This document shows, piece by piece, positions 29,016-38,798 of a stretch of 64,000 nucleotides of DNA (position 1 is its first letter; each line of letters begins with the position of its first letter). This DNA comes from a virus, in IMG/VR virus record IMGVR_UViG_3300009503_000022, positions 1-64,000 of that record. One strand, given 5' to 3'. Made by a program: the position numbers and the translations under genes. The notes below the pieces were generated by a model. That model searched no databases, had not been told where the DNA came from, and worked only from the letters and a program-made list of their open reading frames with translations.

Positions 29016-29043
29016 TAAATCCTCCTTTTAAAATCTATATTTT

Positions 29044-32000
29044 TTATTTCCTTAATTTAATTATATAATTTTCATACAATTTTTTTAAATCTAAAACTCT
29101 TTGATCTCCATTACATTGCAATATTGGAACTCTACCTTTATTATCCTTCTTTAATTTTAAAACAACAAATCTATCTTTTCGTAATAATTCTTTATTATTT
29201 TTATACTCTTTATCCCAAGCAAAAAATGTTATTTTAGAATAATCATCCATCAAACTTATTACATACATATTTTTATTCTTTTTAGTTTTTCGCATCAAAA
29301 CACTTTCTATCATACCATATACATACGATTCTCCTTCGGCTAATTTACAAAATTCAGTAATAGACATTATATTTAATTTCTTAAAACATTTTTTAAAATC
29401 ATCTTTAAATATCTTATCAGACAAATAAACTTTTAATGCGTCAATTTCTAATTTCATAAGATCTTTTTTACTTAATTCTACAAAATTTTCTTCACTTTTT
29501 TTAATACTATAATATTCTTTTAATAACTCATTTCTATCATCAAAAGAATCAAATGCTCCAGAATAAATCAAATATTCTACTTTAGTTTTATTACATTTAA
29601 CTTTATCTAAAAAATCTTTAAAAGATTTAAATGGCCTCTTTTTTATTATTTCTTGTCCTAAATTACCAATATTTTTTATATGATTAAACCCATATATTAT
29701 TGTATTATCATCTAAAATAGAAAAATCTAACTGTGATCTATTAATATCTGGGTTCAAAACATTTATACCATTAATTCTAGCATAATTAATATAATCAGCA
29801 AGAAAACTAGTTGTATTTTTTCCTTCTTTGCCTCTTGGAGTATTATTTATCAAAGCAGTCATAAATTCTATAAAATAATATTTTTTAAGCCACATTTCTT
29901 GATAACTTATCATTGCATAACCACAAGAATGAGAATTATGAACTACAAATTCATTAGCGATATAACAATGATTAATATCTTCTACTTCAATATCGTATGT
30001 ATGTCTTTTACCACAATATTTTATTTCTTTTACTACATCTAAATCAAATATATTAAAATCTCTTAAAAATATAGTTATTTCCATACCCTTTTCTAATTCG
30101 GACAATTTTAACCAATTTCTAAACACTAAAAATTTATGATCTGCAGAACTTATTATCTGTCTATTATCTCGAGTTTTTAATACATAACATTTTTTAATTC
30201 CAGTATCGTAAACATTTTTTATTTTTACAGGTTTAAGCTTTCCATCAATATACGAACATATATATATACTTTTATTAGATGAATGAAATTTTTTATACAA
30301 TTCGCATATTTCTATTTCATCAACAATTCCTTTTTTAACATTAGTATAATACAATACCTTAGAATTTCCTGCTAAACATTTATTAAATCCATATTGAGAA
30401 AATGATGCCATTTCTTTCCATAAATTTTCTGCTTGTTCTCTTGTAATAAATTTAGTAGCATTATTTATAAATTTATCTTTATATGATTCTACCTCTGCAA
30501 ATCTTTTAGATTCTACCTCTGCAGATCTACCATATTTAACTAATGCTTTTCTAAATCTATTTGCTTCAACTAAATCAAAATTCGCGATTTTTTGAGCAAT
30601 TAACATAATAGATTCTTGATAAACTATTATTCCATAAGTTTCTTTCAATATATCTTCTAAACATTTTGGTATAGTATATTTCCCAGTAAACTTTCTTTTA
30701 GCAAAATCTTCGTGCATTCCTAATCTTAAAGGACCCGGTCTTAACAATGCATTCGTCGCAATTAATTCATTAAAATTACTTGGTTTAATTTTAGCAATCA
30801 AATCTCTAGCAATCCTCGATTCAAATTGAAATATTCCTACAGTATCTCCATTCCATATCTTTTTATAAACATTTATATCATTCAAATCTATAGAATCTAA
30901 ATTAATATCTTTATTATATCTTTGTTTTATTAATTTTAAAGTATCTCTTATAACAGACAAATTAGTTAATCCCAAAATATCAAATTTAACAAATCCTAAT
31001 TTAGATAATTCGTGATAATCAGACCCTTCTTGCCAAGCACTTAATATATTATTTTTTTGTGTCATCAATGCAATATTTTCACTTAAATTTCTATCTGATA
31101 TAATTATTCCTGCTGCATGCCTACTTATATTTCTAATTTTTCCTCTTAACTTTTCCAATATTTTTTTAACTTCAGGATATTTATCAAAATAATCCTTAAC
31201 TTCAGGAAAATTATTTTCTATTTCCTCTATTGTCATATCGTCACTATCAGACGTCAATACATCTCTAGTTAATCTTAAAGATTCTATTAAAGGTATATTT
31301 AACACTCTACCTATATCTAAAATTGCACTTCTTGTTTTAAAAAATCCATAAGTACCTATTGCACAAGTTTTTTCTTTAGAAAATCTATTAAAAATATATT
31401 CAACAACTTTATCTCTATCATCAGAAGAAAAATCTACATCAATATCTGGAGGATCCTCTCTACCTTCGCTCATAAATCTTTCAAATAATAACCCATATTT
31501 AATAGGATCTAATCCTGTAATATTTAATAAATAACAAACAAGAGATCCTGCACCTGATCCTCGTGCTTTTCCTACATAAATATTATTTCTTTTAGCCCAA
31601 TTAATTATATCTTCTAAAATTAAAAAATAACCAACAAACCCTAATTTTTTAATAATCCCTTCTTCATATTTAACTCTATCTCTATATATTTTTTTAGTTT
31701 TTTCATCTAATTTATCAAAACCTTTTTCTTTCCAGCCTTTCACTAATTTATTATGAAAAATCTCTTCATCATTATCATATAATTTAGGTAATTTAATAGA
31801 AGTATCTAATTCGATATTTTCTACTTTATCAATTATTTCTCTTACGTTTTTAACAGAATCTTTATAAACTTCTTCTGTAAAATATTCATTTTCATAAAAA
31901 TCTTTAAATGATCTATACATTTCAAACTGATTTTTATAATATAAATCTTTAGACTTAAATTGCCATATTTCATCAGGATTTTTTTCTTTATCTTTCATCG

Positions 32001-33267
32001 TTTTATTATCTCTTATCATTAACAATATATCGTGAATTTTACTATCTTCTTTTTCGATATAATGACAATCATTAGTAATAACAGTTTTTATTCCAAGTTC
32101 TTTTGCTAATTTACACAATAATTTATTAATAATAATCTGTTCTTTTAAATCTATTAATAACAACTCTATATACAAATCATCTCCGAATATTTGTTTATAA
32201 TTTAATGCTATTTCTTTTGCCTTATCATAATTATTTTTTGATAACTCAGTAGATATCTCTCCACCTAAACAACTAGTTAAACAAATTAATCCTTCGGAAT
32301 GTTTCTTTATAAATTCTATATCAGTTCTTGGCTTAAAATAAAATCCATTAATCCAAGCATCTGAAGAAATCTTAATTAAATTATTAAAACCTATTTTATT
32401 TTTAACTAAAAGTATAATATGATTATTTTTTTTAAATAATTTATAATCTTCACTTTTAACATTATCCTTATATTCTAACTTATTACGATAATTATTTATA
32501 TATAATTCGCATCCAAAAATAGGTTTTATTCCATATTTTTTTGCTTCAAAATATTGTCTTATCCATCCACCAATTTGACCATGATCTGTTATACTACATA
32601 CATCTAACTTATTATTATAAGCAAATCTAACATATTCTTCAGGAGAACATAAACCATCTCTAATAGAATAAATACTATGACAATGTAATTGTACAAATTT
32701 ATTCCTATTATTTTTTATTTCGTCAATTTTATCTTTTATATTTAAAAGTTGTTTAGAATATTCTTCTATTTTCATTTTTCCATAATTACAAAAACTTGGA
32801 TGATAAATAGAATAATATAAAATACCTTTTTCTACTTTTAACTCATTATTTTCTTTTAATCCAAAATAATTAGAAGCAAATTTACCTACAGTTATTATTA
32901 TTTTAGGCCTAACTATTTCTATTTCTCTTAATAAAAAATCTTTACAATTTTCTAATATATCATCTGAAGGCATAACATTATTCTTAGTAGAACATTTTAC
33001 AAGATTAGTTACATAAATATCTTCAAAATCTAAACCTACATTTTTTAACATAGATTCAAATATTGGTCTTATTTTATCATCTAAAAAAATTTTATTATTT
33101 ATTCCTCTATTATCTCGATAACAAGAAGGATTCTGTGCTATAAACATTATATCTGCTTTTTCATTTCCAGAATATTCTACTATTTCTTCATTTACTTTTA
33201 TAGATATTTTAATTTTACATTTTTTACAATTTCTACATTCTTCGTATATATTTTTAATATCATTCAT
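29044..33267 (-). CDS. dnaE: DNA polymerase III alpha subunit with an N-terminal uracil-DNA glycosylase-like domain and a mini-intein
   Basis: N-term CRNCKKC, TNLVKC, IYHPS (UDG); LHCHSIYS, ITDHG (PHP); RGSGAGS, PDIDVD, KFDILGL; YGFNK|intein|SHS. Confidence 0.95.
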   Translation of the reverse strand: MNDIKNIYEECRNCKKCKIKISIKVNEEIVEYSGNEKADIMFIAQNPSCYRDNRGINNKIFLDDKIRPIFESMLKNVGLDFEDIYVTNLVKCSTKNNVMPSDDILENCKDFLLREIEIVRPKIIITVGKFASNYFGLKENNELKVEKGILYYSIYHPSFCNYGKMKIEEYSKQLLNIKDKIDEIKNNRNKFVQLHCHSIYSIRDGLCSPEEYVRFAYNNKLDVCSITDHGQIGGWIRQYFEAKKYGIKPIFGCELYINNYRNKLEYKDNVKSEDYKLFKKNNHIILLVKNKIGFNNLIKISSDAWINGFYFKPRTDIEFIKKHSEGLICLTSCLGGEISTELSKNNYDKAKEIALNYKQIFGDDLYIELLLIDLKEQIIINKLLCKLAKELGIKTVITNDCHYIEKEDSKIHDILLMIRDNKTMKDKEKNPDEIWQFKSKDLYYKNQFEMYRSFKDFYENEYFTEEVYKDSVKNVREIIDKVENIELDTSIKLPKLYDNDEEIFHNKLVKGWKEKGFDKLDEKTKKIYRDRVKYEEGIIKKLGFVGYFLILEDIINWAKRNNIYVGKARGSGAGSLVCYLLNITGLDPIKYGLLFERFMSEGREDPPDIDVDFSSDDRDKVVEYIFNRFSKEKTCAIGTYGFFKTRSAILDIGRVLNIPLIESLRLTRDVLTSDSDDMTIEEIENNFPEVKDYFDKYPEVKKILEKLRGKIRNISRHAAGIIISDRNLSENIALMTQKNNILSAWQEGSDYHELSKLGFVKFDILGLTNLSVIRDTLKLIKQRYNKDINLDSIDLNDINVYKKIWNGDTVGIFQFESRIARDLIAKIKPSNFNELIATNALLRPGPLRLGMHEDFAKRKFTGKYTIPKCLEDILKETYGIIVYQESIMLIAQKIANFDLVEANRFRKALVKYGRSAEVESKRFAEVESYKDKFINNATKFITREQAENLWKEMASFSQYGFNKCLAGNSKVLYYTNVKKGIVDEIEICELYKKFHSSNKSIYICSYIDGKLKPVKIKNVYDTGIKKCYVLKTRDNRQIISSADHKFLVFRNWLKLSELEKGMEITIFLRDFNIFDLDVVKEIKYCGKRHTYDIEVEDINHCYIANEFVVHNSHSCGYAMISYQEMWLKKYYFIEFMTALINNTPRGKEGKNTTSFLADYINYARINGINVLNPDINRSQLDFSILDDNTIIYGFNHIKNIGNLGQEIIKKRPFKSFKDFLDKVKCNKTKVEYLIYSGAFDSFDDRNELLKEYYSIKKSEENFVELSKKDLMKLEIDALKVYLSDKIFKDDFKKCFKKLNIMSITEFCKLAEGESYVYGMIESVLMRKTKKNKNMYVISLMDDYSKITFFAWDKEYKNNKELLRKDRFVVLKLKKDNKGRVPILQCNGDQRVLDLKKLYENYIIKLRK
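29935..30378 (-). mobile_element. 148-aa mini-intein in dnaE
   Basis: FNK|CLAGNS...SADHKF...TYDIEV...VVHN|SHS. Confidence 0.95.
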
Positions 33268-34010
33268 TTTTTTAAAAATATTTTAGGTCTATCATTCCAA
33301 AAACAAACTGGTAATTTATTACAATACATATTTATTTCTTTCAAAAATAACTTAGACATCTGTCTAGGACTATATACATTATTCGAATAATAATACTCTT
33401 TAAAATGACCATAAGCACAAAATTTAAACGTATTATTAATCACTAAATATTTATTACAAACATTTAATAATTGATGTAATAAATCTATAGGATATTCAAT
33501 ATGTTCAAACAATTCTAACAAAAAAATTACATCATATTTTCTTTCAAATACATCTTTTTCATTATTTAATATCTCTATATCATTATTTTTAATTTTATTA
33601 AAATATATTTTTTGTATAGAATTATCTAAATTATAATAATATACTTTTGAATTTTTAAAAAGATCACTTATTAAATTTGTAGTTAATCCAATTCCTACGC
33701 CATAATCTAATATAGATTTTATATCTTCATTTTTTAAAACACTATAAGTTTTTAATACAGTATCTTTAGAAAATCTAACAAAACATCTTAAAGCAGCATA
33801 TAAATAAATATCTTTAAAATATATACTAAAATCTTTATAACCATTACCTTTACACCAATAATCATCAATAGAATTTTCTAACTCTTCTACGTCTTTAATA
33901 CTCAAATTCTTATTTAAAAATATATTAATATTATTCAATAAGTCTTTATATTTATATTTATTTAAAATTTCGTTCATATTTATATCATTCATATTTATGT
34001 AATGATCCAA
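33264..34010 (-). CDS. class I SAM-dependent methyltransferase
   Basis: ILDYGVGIG, YDVIFLLELFEHI. Confidence 0.8.
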   Translation of the reverse strand: MDHYINMNDINMNEILNKYKYKDLLNNINIFLNKNLSIKDVEELENSIDDYWCKGNGYKDFSIYFKDIYLYAALRCFVRFSKDTVLKTYSVLKNEDIKSILDYGVGIGLTTNLISDLFKNSKVYYYNLDNSIQKIYFNKIKNNDIEILNNEKDVFERKYDVIFLLELFEHIEYPIDLLHQLLNVCNKYLVINNTFKFCAYGHFKEYYYSNNVYSPRQMSKLFLKEINMYCNKLPVCFWNDRPKIFLKK

Positions 34011-34449
34011 ATATACATATTATATCATTACAATATTTTATTTTTAAAGATTTAGACAAATCTTTTAAAATCCAACTAACTATAGACACATCTTGTTTTA
34101 ATTTCTTAATATCACAACTTCTCCAATAACTTATAACTCTAAGTTTTTTTGAATCAAATATAAATTGTAAAAATGAAATACACATATATATATTTTTCTC
34201 ATAATCTAAAAATCTCAAAACACATTGTCTAGTATCTATATTATTCTTCAAAAAATTTACTAAATAATTTTTATTTTTTAAATATTGCGATTTAATAGAT
34301 TTAAATTCTCTTTTATCACCAACTACTTTATTAATAAGTTTTAATTTCGTACTATATCCTATAATTTCTTTAGTTAATAAATTATTCCTATATATATTAT
34401 TACCATAAAGTTCTAAATCATTATAAATAGATATATAATCTTTTTTCAT
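33985..34449 (-). CDS. minimal thymidylate synthase / dCMP hydroxymethylase-fold protein
   Basis: DTRQCV, MCISFLQF (catalytic Cys), YWRSCD......D, GSLHKY. Confidence 0.75.
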   Translation of the reverse strand: MKKDYISIYNDLELYGNNIYRNNLLTKEIIGYSTKLKLINKVVGDKREFKSIKSQYLKNKNYLVNFLKNNIDTRQCVLRFLDYEKNIYMCISFLQFIFDSKKLRVISYWRSCDIKKLKQDVSIVSWILKDLSKSLKIKYCNDIICIFGSLHKYE

Positions 34450-34455
34450 AATCTA

Positions 34456-34980
34456 TTATCCTATTATTTTATCTAAAATAGTTCTTAATTGACGCTTAGA
34501 ATAAGATAAATCATACGAATTATCAATAAAATACATCTTATCTTTATTTTTTTGATAATACATATTATAAGCATCATATAATTTATTATATATATTTATA
34601 TCGTTAATATTATGATCTTTTCTATTATAATATCTATTTAATAATACTTGACGATCAACATATATGTACAAATATATTATATTCTTAAATCTATAACTAT
34701 TAATATAAGAAATATCAGATTTTCTCTTAAATATTTTATGGTATATCACAAATGTAGGTATAAATCTATCTAATATTATATTTACATTAGCCCTATCTAT
34801 ATGTTTTAATAAATTAATTTCATTAATTTCTATAATATGTTGTAAATTCATCATATTTTCCCATTCTTTTTTATTAGTATATTTATATCTATTATATATA
34901 GGAATATTATATTTTCTACTTACATAATTAGCTAAAGTTGTTTTACCACAACAATCTATGCCTTCAAATACTATTATCAT
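34456..34980 (-). CDS. deoxynucleoside monophosphate kinase (Tmk-like)
   Basis: FEGIDCCGKTT, ILDRF. Confidence 0.85.
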   Translation of the reverse strand: MIIVFEGIDCCGKTTLANYVSRKYNIPIYNRYKYTNKKEWENMMNLQHIIEINEINLLKHIDRANVNIILDRFIPTFVIYHKIFKRKSDISYINSYRFKNIIYLYIYVDRQVLLNRYYNRKDHNINDINIYNKLYDAYNMYYQKNKDKMYFIDNSYDLSYSKRQLRTILDKIIG

Positions 34981-35882
34981 TTTTCAAATCCTATAATATC
35001 TTTTAATGAATTTATTCTTATAATGTTCGTATTTATATATCCCTGATTATATTCATTATTCAATAAAAATACTCTATATCCTAAATTAGCTAAACTATTA
35101 GCATAATTCAAATCATCTTCTATTATAAAATTTGCTTGAGGTAAAATTTTAACAATCTTATCTGATTTATCTTCATCGAAAAACAATGCATCGCATTTTA
35201 AATTATTCTTATTAATCCAATACAACGTATCATAAAAAATTCTAACATATTTCTTATATGGTCTAGCACTTAATAAAACTATCTTATAACCTTTACTACT
35301 TAAATAATCTAACAACTCCTTTGCATAAGGCATTAATTCTAATTCTCTTTTAATTCCAGAAATTCTATATTTATGTTTCAAATCTTTATAATTTCGTAAT
35401 TTATGCAATTCGTCAAATTTATAATTTGCATTTAATTCTTTATTTACAAAATCAACAATCGCTTTATGATAATTTGCCAAAACTCCATCTATATCTACTA
35501 TACAAATTTTTTGTTCATCTTTAAGTAAATTTAATTTAATTTCTTGTTTCCATCTTTGGTATACAACTTCAGATTTATCTTTAAATTTTTGCTTAAAATC
35601 TTCAAATGAAAAACCCCATATTTGAAATAATCCTAAAAGAAACTTTTGACAATCAACCAATTCCTCTAATAAATTATCTAATATAACCTCTTTTTCTTCT
35701 TTGCGATGCATCTTCCAATTAATACTATTTAATACTTCAATTGTTTCAGATATAATACTCAAAATAATTTCTTTAGTCCAATATTGTTTTTGCTCTATAC
35801 TAAATTCATCCATACTAGTTCCACGATACTTATAAAATTCTTCATTAAACTTTTTTTGTATTTCCCAAATCTCATTATCCAT
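34977..35882 (-). CDS. dimeric dUTPase/MazG-like NTP pyrophosphohydrolase fused to a HAD 5'-nucleotidase
   Basis: SETIEVL..INWKMHR...EELVD; VDIDGVL, LSAR, IIEDD. Confidence 0.8.
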   Translation of the reverse strand: MDNEIWEIQKKFNEEFYKYRGTSMDEFSIEQKQYWTKEIILSIISETIEVLNSINWKMHRKEEKEVILDNLLEELVDCQKFLLGLFQIWGFSFEDFKQKFKDKSEVVYQRWKQEIKLNLLKDEQKICIVDIDGVLANYHKAIVDFVNKELNANYKFDELHKLRNYKDLKHKYRISGIKRELELMPYAKELLDYLSSKGYKIVLLSARPYKKYVRIFYDTLYWINKNNLKCDALFFDEDKSDKIVKILPQANFIIEDDLNYANSLANLGYRVFLLNNEYNQGYINTNIIRINSLKDIIGFEK

Positions 35883-35885
35883 ATT

Positions 35886-36773
35886 TTATATTCCTTTACT
35901 AATATCTATAGACTTTTTTATAACTTGATTTATTCTAATATTATGTTTCCACTCTGCATATCGTCCTAAATATATTATATCAGGGTTTTCTATTAATTTT
36001 AAATTTTCATTTATTATTTTTCCATATTTTTCAATATAAAATGCAATATAAGATTTATGCAAATAATCATTATATTTATCAAAATCATCACCTAAAAATT
36101 CTATAACAGAAATTTTATCATTTATTCTTGTTACTCTATAAAAAGGTATAATATTATCTATAAAATAAACAAAATCATATTTTTTTGGAAAAATTAAATT
36201 TATTACAAAAAATGAAATTGGTTTATAATAAGAAAATTCATTTTCGATAAATGTATTTGTTAATTTAATAAATACTATAGCGGGAATAGTAGAAACAATT
36301 TTATCGTATTTAAACGTTGTAGATTTTGTATATATCAATTTATTATTAATATCTATTGAAATAATATCATCTATAATTATATCTTTTTCGAATTTCTTAT
36401 AAAAAAATTCTATTAATTTTTCATAATCAAATTTCCAATATCTAAAAGTACTTTTACCACTATTCATTATCCCGTCGATATTTACATCTCTACTTGTTTT
36501 CTTAATATAATCTTTTATTACAGAATCATTAAGTTTATCATGAAAATCACCATTATAATAATATCCTATATTACATACAGATCGATGAAATTTAACAAAT
36601 CTACCAATATCTCTAACAAATCTATTAGAATATTTATCTAAATGCAAATATCGGGGACCTAATTGAAAATTCGATCTTAACTGGCCCCCGACATCTTTTG
36701 TTATTATTTTATATTCTGGGTTATAAAACTTAAATATTAACCCAGCAATACCACCACCTAAAATATATTTCAT
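35886..36773 (-). CDS. FAD-dependent oxidoreductase (UDP-galactopyranose mutase/amine oxidase-like fold)
   Basis: ILGGGIAGL, GPRYLH, YDKIVSTIP, LGRYAEWK. Confidence 0.75.
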   Translation of the reverse strand: MKYILGGGIAGLIFKFYNPEYKIITKDVGGQLRSNFQLGPRYLHLDKYSNRFVRDIGRFVKFHRSVCNIGYYYNGDFHDKLNDSVIKDYIKKTSRDVNIDGIMNSGKSTFRYWKFDYEKLIEFFYKKFEKDIIIDDIISIDINNKLIYTKSTTFKYDKIVSTIPAIVFIKLTNTFIENEFSYYKPISFFVINLIFPKKYDFVYFIDNIIPFYRVTRINDKISVIEFLGDDFDKYNDYLHKSYIAFYIEKYGKIINENLKLIENPDIIYLGRYAEWKHNIRINQVIKKSIDISKGI

Positions 36774-37783
36774 TTTTCAACCTTAATAGAATATTTTTCA
36801 CCATCTTTTATTATCTGAGCATTTTTTGGTTTATATTTATCTACATTTAAAATATAATGAATACGTTTTTTAATATAATTTTTATCATAATCGTACATTT
36901 TAGTATTAATAATTTTTTCAGCTACTTCATCTATTGTATATAAACCTTCACTAAAAATAGAAACTATAGTTTTAGATAAAGGTTTTCTCTTTACCTCGTT
37001 TGTTTTATTTTCGGTCATATTTACCTCCTTTTCATTTGTTTCAGTTAATTCATAATCAGGCGGAATTTTACATTCATCTATATATTTATTATCTAAACGT
37101 TTAAATATAAGCTCACCTCCTATATTAGATTTTAACGTTACTTTAGCTCCTTTCTTGGTCAAATATATTACGCCCATTTTAGCATCTTTTGCTAACACTT
37201 TATTCATATTATCTCCTCCTTTTATTATTATATTATATAATATATCACGAAATTTTCTCTTTTTTAACATACTAATCGACGCTTTGCTTCTTCTTATTCC
37301 AAATTGCGTTTTTAAACAATATTGTATATCTTTTAATTTATAACCCTCTAATCTTAACTTAAAAATATATGCCTCTATATCACTAAGACGTTTCGATATA
37401 AATTCTATAAGTTCATCATATTCTATTTTATCTATAATATCAGAATCAGATACAACTATTTTATCAAAAACTTCTTTACGAACATTTTTCCAATATGCGT
37501 GCGTTTTAACATCCTCGTCAAAATTTTTATCATCATTTTGATCTAAAGATTCAAAACATTTACTTTGATCATAAAGTTGTTTATATCTTCGGCGTAAACA
37601 AAAAGTGAGAAATGTTGAATATTTTGATATTTTAGAATTATACTTCTTATTTTTATATAATTCCCAACATTTTATCCTACCTTCTTGAACTAAATCTTCA
37701 AACGAATATCCTGGTATATTATAATTTTTAGCAATTGATTTTATCAATGGTTCTTCTTGTTTTAATAATTCTTCAAATGTCAT
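36770..37783 (-). CDS. sigma-70 family (group 3/4-like) factor with a C-terminal extension containing two internal starts
   Basis: EDLVQEG...YSTF (region 2), LSDIEAYIF...GYKLKDI (region 4); in-frame SD+ATG at 37207 and 37018. Confidence 0.8.
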   Translation of the reverse strand: MTFEELLKQEEPLIKSIAKNYNIPGYSFEDLVQEGRIKCWELYKNKKYNSKISKYSTFLTFCLRRRYKQLYDQSKCFESLDQNDDKNFDEDVKTHAYWKNVRKEVFDKIVVSDSDIIDKIEYDELIEFISKRLSDIEAYIFKLRLEGYKLKDIQYCLKTQFGIRRSKASISMLKKRKFRDILYNIIIKGGDNMNKVLAKDAKMGVIYLTKKGAKVTLKSNIGGELIFKRLDNKYIDECKIPPDYELTETNEKEVNMTENKTNEVKRKPLSKTIVSIFSEGLYTIDEVAEKIINTKMYDYDKNYIKKRIHYILNVDKYKPKNAQIIKDGEKYSIKVEK

Positions 37784-37818
37784 AATACCTCCTCTCAGTA
37801 AGATTTTTTCCTATATAT

Positions 37819-37848
37819 ATTATAACAAAAAATGCGTAAAAATTAATA
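37819..37848 (-). promoter_or_regulatory. class A promoter upstream of the sigma gene
   Basis: TATTAATTT-N10-TTTGTTATAAT. Confidence 0.75.
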
Positions 37849-37849
37849 C

Positions 37850-38797
37850 CTATTTTATTATCTCCTTATTCTTATAAGATACTTTTAATTCTAAACGACT
37901 ACATTCATCAGGATCTTTACCTTCTGGCAATTTCATTATATATATATTATCAAAATAATATTTTAATTTACTAGCAAATTTTAACGATGCTTTATAACCC
38001 CAATTTTCTTTTTTATTAGAATCATTATCAAAACAAAAAACAATATTTCTTACATTTTTATCTATAAGCAATTTAATTTGCTCATTACTAATAGATATAC
38101 CAAAAATACATAAAGCATTTTTAAATCCTTTTTCCCATAAAGACATTGCATCAAACGGACCTTCAACTAATATTACTTCTTTATTTTTAATAAATCTTTT
38201 AGAAAAATCTAAATTATCATAATTAAATAAAGTTTCTTTAACCTTAAAATTTAACGGAAAAATATAAGGTTTTTCTAGACTATTAGAATAATCTCTAGCA
38301 ACAAATCCTTTTATTTTTTTCTTTAATATGATAGGTATTATTATTCTATTTTTAAAATATCCTTCTTCACATTTACCTAATTTAAAAAATTTAATAGTTT
38401 TCCATTCTAATCTATTCAATAAATATTTTGGACAATCTTTTATACTTTCTATCTTTTTAAATTCTTTCGGTAATTCAATAATAACATCATTTCTTTTCTT
38501 TTCTTTTATATGTTTCTTTTCTATTAAATTTATCCTAAAAAATTTCTGTTCGCCATATATTATTTTTCTAGCTTCATCAAAACTACAATTTCTTAATTTA
38601 GCTACAAAGCTAACTATACTTCTACCACCAATTTCTTCAGTAAAACAATGCCATTTACCATTATATTTATTTATAGAAAATGATACTTTTTCATCATCAT
38701 GAAATGGACAATAACAACCAATTTCTTTATTATTTTCGTATGCTATTTTAACTTTAAATCTTTCTAAAATATTATGTATAAGCTCATCTTGTCTCAT
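37850..38797 (-). CDS. dnaG: DnaG-type DNA primase
   Basis: CPFHDD..SF...WHCF zinc-binding domain; LVEGPFD, FDND, KDPD TOPRIM motifs. Confidence 0.9.
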   Translation of the reverse strand: MRQDELIHNILERFKVKIAYENNKEIGCYCPFHDDEKVSFSINKYNGKWHCFTEEIGGRSIVSFVAKLRNCSFDEARKIIYGEQKFFRINLIEKKHIKEKKRNDVIIELPKEFKKIESIKDCPKYLLNRLEWKTIKFFKLGKCEEGYFKNRIIIPIILKKKIKGFVARDYSNSLEKPYIFPLNFKVKETLFNYDNLDFSKRFIKNKEVILVEGPFDAMSLWEKGFKNALCIFGISISNEQIKLLIDKNVRNIVFCFDNDSNKKENWGYKASLKFASKLKYYFDNIYIMKLPEGKDPDECSRLELKVSYKNKEIIK

Positions 38798-38798
38798 C

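Noticed and set aside
29058-29092. Fourth class B promoter upstream of thyX
   Set aside because: TATAATTA is present but the upstream element is AGATTTAA, too weak a match in AT-rich DNA
29935-30378. dnaE intein as a novelty
   Set aside because: Canonical Cys1/HN/Ser+1 mini-intein at the well-known FNK|SHS site
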